Positions 9,904 through 18,338 of a DNA stretch of 64,000 nucleotides are shown here, piece by piece (within the stretch, counting starts at the first letter, position 1; every line of letters starts with the position of its first letter). The notes below the pieces were generated by a model. It had not been told where the DNA came from. It searched no databases and saw only the letters and a program-made list of their open reading frames with translations. Where the stretch lies: positions 1,536,001-1,600,000 of the forward strand of contig CAXXLZ010000002.1 in NCBI GenBank assembly GCA_963675595.2, read 5' to 3'. This DNA is from Thermodesulfobacteriota bacterium. Its GTDB lineage: Bacteria; Desulfobacterota; Desulfarculia; JACQYL01. Both the position numbers and the translations under genes were made by a program.

Positions 9904-11110
9904 TCAAATCCCCTTCGATTCCATAGCTATAGTACAGGTTGCGTTCCTTTTCGATTGAACGGCGGGAACCCACCTTCGTTGGAAATCCCAATGTGAAGCC
10001 TGCATCCATGCCTTCAACAGAAAAGAGCTGGTTTCCAAACGGCCAGATCACACTACCGGTCACGCGGCCTGTAGATAGATCAACAATATGGATGCCGCAG
10101 ACGCTGGAGTCCATATCCACACCCGGGGCGTATTGTCGAAACCGGGGTGATACTCGAGATGTTCCAACAAACGCATACGACCCGATCATGTAAAGGCCGC
10201 GCGTCCATCCGGGAAGTTGGATAAAGGGTCGCCAAGCGCGATCTTCAACAAACCCCAATTCGCCGTAACCGCTGTTGTCCACCCAAATCCGCCCATGATG
10301 AATCCTGACTGAATGAGGGCGCGTCAGTCCCTTGACAATCGGTTCCCGGGTCATGCCGGAAAAAACGACCCCTTGTTTGTCGACCTTGAAGTTCTTGTGC
10401 CCCGGCCTGCGTGATGAGATTCGGTCGGTTGAAGCTGAAAAATAGGATGAGCCGATATCTGCTCCCGCGGCGATGGAATTGAGCTGTAGATAATTCCCAC
10501 CAAAGATGATCCGACCGTCCCTTTCGATGCATTTGGGCCACCAAACTCGTTGATAGCGCCCATCATCGGATATTCGAATCACCGCGTTGTGGCCCACGGC
10601 ATTTGCATGCAACTCCTGGCCGATAATCGCCAAATCGTGCAGATAGGTACAACCGGGGAAGAATTGACACCGAACCGGAACAAGTGGATTCAACGAAATA
10701 TAGGAATCCAACACACCGGGTTTGACATCCAAGCGGTCCAGAAATCCGGCTACCGGTTGAAAAGAAAAGACCTGATTGGGGTTGCGAGAGCCGGCGATGA
10801 ACAGCGTATTCTTCTCGGGGTGGAAAACCATCCCTGAAGGGTGAGGCAACGGATAGAATGAAACCCGGGGAGTTGACCCTACCACCCCGAACGCCAAGAT
10901 AAGATGTTCGTATTCCCTCGTGACGAACAGGGTGATTCCCAGTTCGGCAATCACCTGCCACCATTGTCCATGAATTCGGCATTCAAACAATTTGGAATCC
11001 ATGGAAGCAATGTTCGGGATTTGCGACGGAATTTCCAAAGGGTCGCGCCAAGCGTCCTCATGCTTCGAGCAAAGTCGGTCGGTCGGATTTTGTGGTTTCG
11101 AATCGGTCAT
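9893..11110 (-). CDS. TIGR03032/DUF4915-family beta-propeller-like protein (last codons supplied by IS1634)
   Basis: YLHDLA, LQLNS, GLTRPHS, DNSGYG, LPGWTRGL and FVGTSR motifs; ATG 11110 overlaps the GT2 stop (ATGA). Confidence 0.8.
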   Translation of the reverse strand: MTDSKPQNPTDRLCSKHEDAWRDPLEIPSQIPNIASMDSKLFECRIHGQWWQVIAELGITLFVTREYEHLILAFGVVGSTPRVSFYPLPHPSGMVFHPEKNTLFIAGSRNPNQVFSFQPVAGFLDRLDVKPGVLDSYISLNPLVPVRCQFFPGCTYLHDLAIIGQELHANAVGHNAVIRISDDGRYQRVWWPKCIERDGRIIFGGNYLQLNSIAAGADIGSSYFSASTDRISSRRPGHKNFKVDKQGVVFSGMTREPIVKGLTRPHSVRIHHGRIWVDNSGYGELGFVEDRAWRPFIQLPGWTRGLYMIGSYAFVGTSRVSPRFRQYAPGVDMDSSVCGIHIVDLSTGRVTGSVIWPFGNQLFSVEGMDAGFTLGFPTKVGSRRSIEKERNLYYSYGIEGDLTDL

Positions 11111-11802
11111 TTCCCGCCTTTTCGAGATTGAACCCACATCTTATAGGCCCCTAAATACAGATGTAACGCCGACTTCAGCCGGGTCGTGGATTTTCCGCCA
11201 TGCCGGCAGGAAGAAAGAATAGGCACTTCAAGCATCGGGTATCGGTATCGACGGCAAATCACACTAAATTCCAGATCGATCAAATCTCCATCCTGCGTAA
11301 GCTCCGACAACTGCTTGAAGCTGCGAGGAAAGACTTTCGGAGTACCGTTGATGTCCCAATAGGGCAAATCAAATAAAATCCTGCACTCCAGATTATACAA
11401 AAGCGACCCCACCCGTCGAAAAGCACTCTCTCGGATTTTCCGGTTGGCCTTGATGACCTTGTCGGCGTTCCTACTCCCGTACCGCAGTAAAAGGGCTAAG
11501 TCTCCGGCGCTGGTGCGAGCCGAGTTGGCGTAGCATAACAGGTCGCCTTGAGCGGCCCGCAACCCCGTCTTTACGGCCAAGCCCCAGCCGCCGGCTTCAA
11601 GATTTAGTGCCCGAACTTCCGAGAATCGCCGAGTGAGGGTCTTACAGACATCAAATGAAGCATCCTGAGAGCCATTGACCACCAACAAAATCTCATACTC
11701 GAAATCCACGGATTGCAGCGCCCGCAGGCAATCAATTCCGATCCGTTCAATGTGATCCGCTTGATTGTGCACGGGTAAAACAATGGAAACCAAAGGCGGC
11801 AT
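11107..11802 (-). CDS. glycosyltransferase family 2 (DPM-synthase-like)
   Basis: VSIVLPVHNQ...EILLVVNGSQD...GWGLAVKTG...DINGTPKVF. Confidence 0.85.
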   Translation of the reverse strand: MPPLVSIVLPVHNQADHIERIGIDCLRALQSVDFEYEILLVVNGSQDASFDVCKTLTRRFSEVRALNLEAGGWGLAVKTGLRAAQGDLLCYANSARTSAGDLALLLRYGSRNADKVIKANRKIRESAFRRVGSLLYNLECRILFDLPYWDINGTPKVFPRSFKQLSELTQDGDLIDLEFSVICRRYRYPMLEVPILSSCRHGGKSTTRLKSALHLYLGAYKMWVQSRKGGK

Positions 11803-11891
11803 AGGATCGAGTTCTCTTCGGAACGAAGTCGCGGTTCATCGTTCGAATTTAGGAATATACGGCATAATCTCGATTTCAAGGCGGGGAAGAG

Positions 11892-11982
11892 TTCACAGGG
11901 GAGGACTTTAGAGAAAGCCCTCCCCCGCGCCCCCCAAAGCACTTTGGACAGGCCTCACCGCCTTCGGCGGAGAGGCTGAGGC
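11892..11982 (-). repeat. dispersed ~90 bp repeat (copy D)
   Basis: Reverse complement gcctcagcctctccgccgaaggcggtgaggcctg...gggggagggctttctctaaagtcctcccctgtgaa matches 2926-3016. Confidence 0.75.
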
Positions 11983-12090
11983 CGCAGTCGGCTCACCTCA
12001 CCCATCTCCAACGTTCCTTACAGCTGCTGAATCCGCGAAGTTCCTCCCAAGTCCGACTTTGTCACGCGTCAGCGGGGCAAAGCCCGCGTT

Positions 12091-12150
12091 AGGGGGTCCG
12101 GGATGACGGTGTTCCCCCGGGGAACCAATAGAGAAGTTCCCCCCGTGAAT
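12091..12150 (+). repeat. repeat E (inverted partner of 13249-13316)
   Basis: gttcccccgg..aaccaatagagaagttccccccgtgaa. Confidence 0.7.
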
Positions 12151-12198
12151 GATTGCGGAAAAATCGCCCGGCCATGCAACCGGCCGCCCCGAAAATAC

Positions 12199-13233
12199 TT
12201 ACCCGTCTTCCTTCTTACGCGGCTCATCGAAAGAGATCCGACCTGCAGCCGCCTCTTCCCGGCGGGCGCAAAGTTGAAGGCCCTCCACAAAGCCGATCTC
12301 GCTTTGCCACCCCATTTTTTGAAAGGCCAATTCCGGATTTCCATACCAGTGCGGAAGGTCCCATTTTCGGGAGGCCATGGAATCGAATTCCGGCTCCGAA
12401 GAGAGGGCGAAGACTTTCTTCGCCGCCTCGGCCACATCCTCCAGCGTGGTTTCGACTCCCGAGGCAATGTTGACGGAGAGACCCGGGTCCGTTTTGGAGA
12501 TGGTGCACGCCGCCCTGGTGAACGCCCGCGTGACGTCGTCCACATAAACAAAATCCCGAGAAGTGTTCTTATGGGCGAAGGGGGGCCATCGGCCTTTCAA
12601 ACCATGGGAAACGAGCGTGGGGATCAGCCGGTCTCTTTCTTCCCACGGTCCGTACACGGAATAGAGCCGAAGTTGGACGCACGGTAGTTTGAGCACCTGT
12701 CCGTAGTACTTGATGAGGTATGAACAGGAGACTTTGGACACCGCGTAATCGCTGTTGGGAATCATCTCGCTCGATTCATCCGGACGGGAGCAGTTGAGTC
12801 CGTACTCCGAGGAGGAACCCGCATGGATCAGGGCGGAGCAGCCCACGTCGCGGAGTGCTTGCAGCACATTGGTCAAACCCATGTAGTTGGTTTCGTGGAT
12901 GGAACGCGCATCGGTCTGCCGGGGATAGGCTCCATAAGCGGCCAGATGAAACACTGTCCGGGGATGGATTTTTCGCAGCGTCCGTAATACCGCCCCGCCG
13001 TCGGTCACGTCCATGGAAACCAGGTCTTCGTCGGAAGCATGCCGCAGCCGCCAAGCCCCTTGCGGGCTCCTTGAGCAAGCAAAAACATCCGTTCGAATTC
13101 GCCTCAGGCTATGGAACAGATTGGCTCCGATAAAGCCGGAACCACCAATGATCAAGATGGGCCCCGGCACATTTCGAGCATCCTCCACGGCATTCTCGTC
13201 CCACATGTCGAACAGCAGGTCGGAGTTCAACAT
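12199..13233 (-). CDS. NAD-dependent epimerase/dehydratase (extended SDR)
   Basis: GGSGFIG, HLAA, GSSSEYG, YAVSK and LRLYSVYGP motifs. Confidence 0.92.
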   Translation of the reverse strand: MLNSDLLFDMWDENAVEDARNVPGPILIIGGSGFIGANLFHSLRRIRTDVFACSRSPQGAWRLRHASDEDLVSMDVTDGGAVLRTLRKIHPRTVFHLAAYGAYPRQTDARSIHETNYMGLTNVLQALRDVGCSALIHAGSSSEYGLNCSRPDESSEMIPNSDYAVSKVSCSYLIKYYGQVLKLPCVQLRLYSVYGPWEERDRLIPTLVSHGLKGRWPPFAHKNTSRDFVYVDDVTRAFTRAACTISKTDPGLSVNIASGVETTLEDVAEAAKKVFALSSEPEFDSMASRKWDLPHWYGNPELAFQKMGWQSEIGFVEGLQLCARREEAAAGRISFDEPRKKEDG

Positions 13234-13248
13234 AACCCTCTGTCACCC

Positions 13249-13316
13249 TTCACGGGGGGGAACTTCTGTATTGGTTTACACCGTCTCCGGGGGAACGCCA
13301 TCAGCCCGCCCCCCTG
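13249..13316 (-). repeat. repeat F (inverted partner of 12091-12150)
   Basis: Reverse complement gttcccccgg...aaccaatacagaagttcccccccgtgaa. Confidence 0.7.
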
Positions 13317-13450
13317 ACGCTGCCTTCGTAAGACGCAACGCTTTCGCCGACATATCCGTTGATTGCGGACGTGAAAACTTGTGCGGAGAGCGCCCTTGAA
13401 CTCGGTTGCGATGCGAAGGGAGCAACCCGCTCAACAAGTTGTGGGAAGGG

Positions 13451-13484
13451 TTCGGGAAACCCTTTTGGAAAAGGGTTTCCCGAA
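13451..13484. repeat. REP-like palindrome / possible terminator
   Basis: ttcgggaaacccttttggaaaagggtttcccgaa, a perfect 16-bp stem. Confidence 0.65.
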
Positions 13485-13508
13485 TACCCGGTGAACGAGT
13501 ACACCCGT

Positions 13509-14438
13509 CTATCCGTGCTGGCGACCTAATTCGTTCAATACGACGTCCGCCAAAGCCTCGGCGGATATGCCGTGCAGCTTCTCCATATAGCTTCTGCTTC
13601 CCGTCAACCCAAGCGGCGTCTTTCCGACGCCACACCGGACGATTCGGCATGGAATCCCTTCTTCGGCAATGATTTCGGAGACCAAAGAGCCCGCCCCGCC
13701 CACCCTGCCGTGTGCCTCGATGACGACTCCCAGGTCGAATTGCGAAAGAGTCTCGATGATCCGCTCTCTCGGGGGAGGAGATATGCAGGAAAGAAGCATC
13801 ACCGCGGGCCGGACTCCATGATTCGTCAGCATGTCGGCGGCCTTGAGGCCTTCAAGCACGGCGGCGCCCATGCCGATAAGAACAACGTCGTCGCCTTGTC
13901 TGACGACCTGTGCGTCTCCCAGGGCAAAACGTCCCTCCAATCCGGGAACAAGCACGGTCTCATCCTTGCTCAGCCTGTAATAGGTCGGGCCGTCAAGATT
14001 CCAGGTCTTTTCCAGGGCGGACACCGCTTGCTCGCAATCGCCGGGAGTCACAATGCTGAGACCCGGCAGGGTCCGCAAAATCCCGACATCTTCGAGTCCA
14101 TAATGAGTCGCCCCGGCACTGCCGTAATCGAATCCCCCGCCCACACCGATCATCCGTACCGCGAAACCGTGATGGACGGGGCCGTTTCTGATGAATTCGA
14201 AGGCGCGCATCGTGAGGAACGAAGCCATGGAGTACACGAAAGGAATGAAACCGGACTCCGCCATGCCCGTGGCAACTCCCACCATATTCTGTTCGGCGAC
14301 GCCCATGTTGAAATAGCGGTCCGGATGACGCTCCGCGAATGTTTCCAGTACGGTGTAGCCCACATCCGCCGTGAGAAGCACGATTCTATCGTCTGTCTCG
14401 GCCAGAGACGTCAACGCTTGAATGAACGGTCGTCTCAT
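13509..14438 (-). CDS. transketolase-like C-terminal subunit (pyrimidine-binding + C domain)
   Basis: LTADVG, NMGVAEQNMVG, GATHYGLED and YYRL motifs; ATGA-coupled to the N subunit. Confidence 0.92.
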   Translation of the reverse strand: MRRPFIQALTSLAETDDRIVLLTADVGYTVLETFAERHPDRYFNMGVAEQNMVGVATGMAESGFIPFVYSMASFLTMRAFEFIRNGPVHHGFAVRMIGVGGGFDYGSAGATHYGLEDVGILRTLPGLSIVTPGDCEQAVSALEKTWNLDGPTYYRLSKDETVLVPGLEGRFALGDAQVVRQGDDVVLIGMGAAVLEGLKAADMLTNHGVRPAVMLLSCISPPPRERIIETLSQFDLGVVIEAHGRVGGAGSLVSEIIAEEGIPCRIVRCGVGKTPLGLTGSRSYMEKLHGISAEALADVVLNELGRQHG

Positions 14439-15235
14439 ATCGAAAGTGCCGGTTCTCTCATCGCCGTATCAAATTCATCGTCGGACATGGGCCAATAATG
14501 CCACTTGATCCGCCGTTCCATATAGGAGACTCCCTTACCGGAGATGGTATGGGCGATGATGATTTTCGGTCTGTCCTGAATCGGCTCGATGCGATCAAAA
14601 CAATGGATCAAGTCTTCGGTGCTGTGACCATCGACCTCCGCAACGTGCCATCCGAAGGCCTTCCATTTATCACCCATCGGCGCCGGCGACAGCACGTCAT
14701 CCGTGTAGCCGAACGCCTGCTGACCATTATAGTCAAGAACGGCCGTCAAATTCGACAGCTTGTGGTGAGCGGCAAAAAGAGCGGCCTCCCAAATGGATCC
14801 CTCGTTGCACTCGGCGTCGCTGATGAGGACATAAACCCGGCGCGACGATTCCCGCAGCCCGGCCGCCAGCGCGGACCCTATGGCATAGCTCAAGCCGTGC
14901 CCTAATGACCCGGTTGAGAAGTCGATCCATTCGGCACGATGATCGGGATGTACGCCTAATAAACTTTCATCCTCACAGTATCGTGATAGTTCTTCCGACG
15001 AAATATGCCCTAACAGGTGAAGAATTGAGTACAGCGTTATGGCTGCATGGCCCTTGGACAGGATCAATCGATCCCTGTCATTGTCCTTAGGCGACTCGAT
15101 TCGTAGTATATTCCCATAAAGGACGGCCAAAATCTCCACAACAGACAGCGCGGATCCTATATGTCCAACGTTTGCACGCTTGCATTGCTCCAGGATTAGA
15201 CGTCGCACCTGAGCCGGCTTGATGTCGTTTTTCAT
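14435..15235 (-). CDS. transketolase-like N-terminal (ThDP-binding) subunit
   Basis: GHIGSALS, DRLILSKGH, STGSLGHG, SDAECNEGSIWEA and KGVSYME...WH motifs. Confidence 0.92.
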   Translation of the reverse strand: MKNDIKPAQVRRLILEQCKRANVGHIGSALSVVEILAVLYGNILRIESPKDNDRDRLILSKGHAAITLYSILHLLGHISSEELSRYCEDESLLGVHPDHRAEWIDFSTGSLGHGLSYAIGSALAAGLRESSRRVYVLISDAECNEGSIWEAALFAAHHKLSNLTAVLDYNGQQAFGYTDDVLSPAPMGDKWKAFGWHVAEVDGHSTEDLIHCFDRIEPIQDRPKIIIAHTISGKGVSYMERRIKWHYWPMSDDEFDTAMREPALSI

Positions 15236-15374
15236 CGGGCTCCCACCTTGTGGTTTCGCTAACCTAAAACTGACCCACCTGTGGAGGGAACGCTAACGGA
15301 AAATTGACCCACCTGTGATCAGGCCCTGATAAGTGGGATGAAGGAAGCAAAGACCGCTTGTCGGGGGTGAGGAG

Positions 15375-16880
15375 ATGCTGACGGTGGATCAATACGGCTA
15401 CGTTAGGACGGCACATCGGGTGTACGGCAAGGGGATCAGGGAGATCGCCCGAGAGACGGGGCACTCCAGGAACACGATCAAGAGAGCATTGCGGGAGGAG
15501 TACGGCGGTTACGGCGAGAGGCGACATCAGCCCTATCCTTCTTTGGGGCCGTTTCTCAAAACGATCGACGGTTGGCTGACGGAAGACCGGGAGCGGCCTC
15601 GGAAGCAGCGACATACGGCGGCGCGGATTTACCATCGATTGAGGAAGGAGCATGGATTCGAGGGCGGGGAGAGCACGGTGAGACGTTACGTGCGTGAAGC
15701 GCGAAGGCGGTTGGGCGTGGGTGAACCCCGGGTCTTTATTCCCCTTGAGCCCGATCTCGGTATGGAGGCCGAGGTGGATTGGGGCGGCTGCCACGCCGTT
15801 GTGGCCGGAGAGTGCGTGAAGCTCAAGCTGTTTTGCATGCGTTCCAAGGGCAGCGGCAAACCGTTTGTACGCTGTTTTCCATGCGAACGGCAACAGGCGC
15901 TGTTTGAAGGACACATGGAAGCCTTTGCCTTCTACGGAGGAGTCTTCCGGCGGTTGATCTACGACAACCTGACCACCGCGGTGGAGAGGGTGTTCAAAGG
16001 CAAGAAACGCAAGCTTCAGGAAAGCTTCGAGCGATTTCGGGCGTACTACGGCTTTGTGCCCCGATTCTGCAATCGCGGCCAAGCGCATGAGAAGGGAGGA
16101 GTGGAAGGACTCGTAGGCTATGCTCGACGGAATTTTCTGGTGCCCGTGCCGGAAGTGGGGAGCCTGGAGGAACTCAACGCGCAGCTCTTGGCGGAATGCG
16201 CCTCCTACGGAGACCACCGCATCACGGGTCGGGAAAAGACCGTCGAGGAGCTTTTCCAGGAGGAGAAAGGGCTTCTGATACCGCTTCCGGAGATTCCCTT
16301 CGCCAACGTGGAAGTCGTTTCCGGCAAGGTGGACAAGTACTCCACGGTGATCGTCGAGAAGAACCGTTATTCGGCGCCGCCTCGCTTCGTGGGTCTCATG
16401 ACTCGCGTGATGTTGTACGTGGACCGGGTGGAGGTTTTCTACGGAGGCCGAAGGATCGCCGTGCATCCTCGACATTACGGCAACAACAAATGGCGGCTCG
16501 ATCCCATGCACTACCTGGAGTTGCTGCATCGTCGTCCCCAAGCCTTCGCCGACGCCCGGCCGATCCGCCAATGGAGAGCCGTCTGGCCGCCCTCCCTGGA
16601 AAGACTCCTGGAACGATTTTGTGAAGCTCAGGGCGAAAATCGCGGGATCAAAGACTTCATCGGGGTGTTGAGGCTCTTCCGGGAACATGAGGAAAGGGAC
16701 GTGTTTGATGCCGTGGAAGCGGCCGTGGGAGCCGGAGTGAGTTCACGGGAGGCGGTGGAACACCTTCTGATCATGTCCGAAGGCAAAGATCACGCCTCCC
16801 GGCCCGCCTCCCTTGACGCGTGGCCGACGTTTTCACCGCCGGATGTTTCCGTGTACTCGCGGATCGGAGCGCTGTCATGA
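15375..16880 (+). CDS. istA: IS21 transposase IstA
   Basis: HTH start, AEVDWG, IYDNLT, HEKGGVEG and NRYS motifs. Confidence 0.93.
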   Translation: MLTVDQYGYVRTAHRVYGKGIREIARETGHSRNTIKRALREEYGGYGERRHQPYPSLGPFLKTIDGWLTEDRERPRKQRHTAARIYHRLRKEHGFEGGESTVRRYVREARRRLGVGEPRVFIPLEPDLGMEAEVDWGGCHAVVAGECVKLKLFCMRSKGSGKPFVRCFPCERQQALFEGHMEAFAFYGGVFRRLIYDNLTTAVERVFKGKKRKLQESFERFRAYYGFVPRFCNRGQAHEKGGVEGLVGYARRNFLVPVPEVGSLEELNAQLLAECASYGDHRITGREKTVEELFQEEKGLLIPLPEIPFANVEVVSGKVDKYSTVIVEKNRYSAPPRFVGLMTRVMLYVDRVEVFYGGRRIAVHPRHYGNNKWRLDPMHYLELLHRRPQAFADARPIRQWRAVWPPSLERLLERFCEAQGENRGIKDFIGVLRLFREHEERDVFDAVEAAVGAGVSSREAVEHLLIMSEGKDHASRPASLDAWPTFSPPDVSVYSRIGALS

Positions 16881-17653
16881 AACCGGCCGTTCAAGCCCAG
16901 TTAACGGCCAATCTGAAAATCCTGAAGCTCTCCGCCGTCCTGAGCCATCTGGAAACGCAGTTGCGCCAAGCGCGGGAAAACAAGGAGGATTATGCGGAGT
17001 TCCTCCTTGGACTGAGTGAACTGGAAGTGGCGGCTCGAATGGAGAACGGCTGCAAACGCCGGATCCACGACGCCCGTTTCCCGCTGCTCAAGCCCATGGA
17101 GAGCTTCCGGTTCGAGGCGGCACCGGAACTCGATGTGCGGAAAATCCGGGAACTTCTTGAAGGGCAATACATCCGGGAGGCCCGCAACGTCATCTTTCTG
17201 GGCCGGAGCGGCACGGGAAAGACCCACCTGGCCACGGCCCTCGGAATGGCCGCCTGCCGACAAGGAGTACGAACCCGATTCCTGACCGGCTGTTCCTTGG
17301 CCAATGAACTGATTGAAGCCCGGGACGAAAAGGTCCTGGGCCGGGTCATGAAACGATATGCTTCCTACGGTCTGTTGATCGTAGATGAACTGGGGTATGT
17401 GCCCCTGTCCAGGGAAGGGGCGGAGCTGCTTTTCCAGGTCCTTGCCGAGCGGCATGAAAAGAAGCCCGTGATCATCACGACGAATCTCGGCTTCGGCGAC
17501 TGGACGCAGATCTTCGGGGATCCGACCTTGACCGCGGCGCTACTGGACCGGGTGACGCACAAGGCCCACATTATTTCCTGTTCCTGGGAGAGCTATCGTT
17601 TGAAGGACACGCTCAAGAAAAGGCAGCCGCCTCAAGACCGGGTTCTCGGCTGA
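16877..17653 (+). CDS. istB: IS21 helper ATPase IstB
   Basis: GRSGTGKTH, LIVDELGY, ITTN and LLDR motifs; ATGA overlap with istA. Confidence 0.93.
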   Translation: MKPAVQAQLTANLKILKLSAVLSHLETQLRQARENKEDYAEFLLGLSELEVAARMENGCKRRIHDARFPLLKPMESFRFEAAPELDVRKIRELLEGQYIREARNVIFLGRSGTGKTHLATALGMAACRQGVRTRFLTGCSLANELIEARDEKVLGRVMKRYASYGLLIVDELGYVPLSREGAELLFQVLAERHEKKPVIITTNLGFGDWTQIFGDPTLTAALLDRVTHKAHIISCSWESYRLKDTLKKRQPPQDRVLG

Positions 17654-18338
17654 CAACTCCGGTCGCCTACGGCTTCCTCCGTTGTCAGCCGATCCAAGGC
17701 CCGATCAGGGAGGACGGCTGAGGAAACCCATAACCAAACCCAAGGGTGGGTCAATTTTCCGTGATCAAGGTGGGTCAATTTTGGATTGTCATTACGATCC
17801 TCCAACATCCCCGCCGTCCTCCCACATACCCACACCGATTCCACTCTTCGTTGCCCTTTCTTGAACGTCGCTCCCTGGCCCAGGAGGCCCGTTTTCCGGG
17901 TGCGGCCGGCGGCCATGCACGACACCTCGAAATCGGGGGAAATTGGGTGCGTTGTTGACTAACGTGACAAAGTCAATCAGCAGTCATTTTCCCTTTCTTG
18001 AGTTTAGAGGCATGCGAGGCACCCAAGTTTGTACACAAGGACATGGTTCTCCAAGACGGGTTGAATACCGTTGGTGTAAGGCTTTGAGATGATAGACCAA
18101 ACGAGGATATCAGGCGGCGCGCCCGAAGGCTTCTGGAGAATCGGTCAATTCCGGTTGGAAGTTTTTGGATTACCGGTTCCACATGGCTCGGACGTTTAAA
18201 TTGCCGAAAAGACGGCCGATGCGCTAATCTGGGGCCATCATACGAATTAAGTACTCATTCACAGGATTGCCGGGGGACCCATGAGTCCCCGATTCCCACT
18301 TCGTTCTTTCCTTTCCCGCCGACTGACGTTAAGAATTA

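Larger units (their letters stand above)
15252..17796 (+). mobile_element. IS21-family element A
   Basis: istA-istB pair; repeated subterminal AAAA(C/T)TGACCCACC motifs, inverted between the two ends; no TSD visible. Ends uncertain by 1-2 bp. Confidence 0.88.

Noticed and set aside
17797-18338. Gene or RNA between IS21 A and the IS630 end
   Set aside because: Only short ORFs without motifs; treated as unassigned debris.
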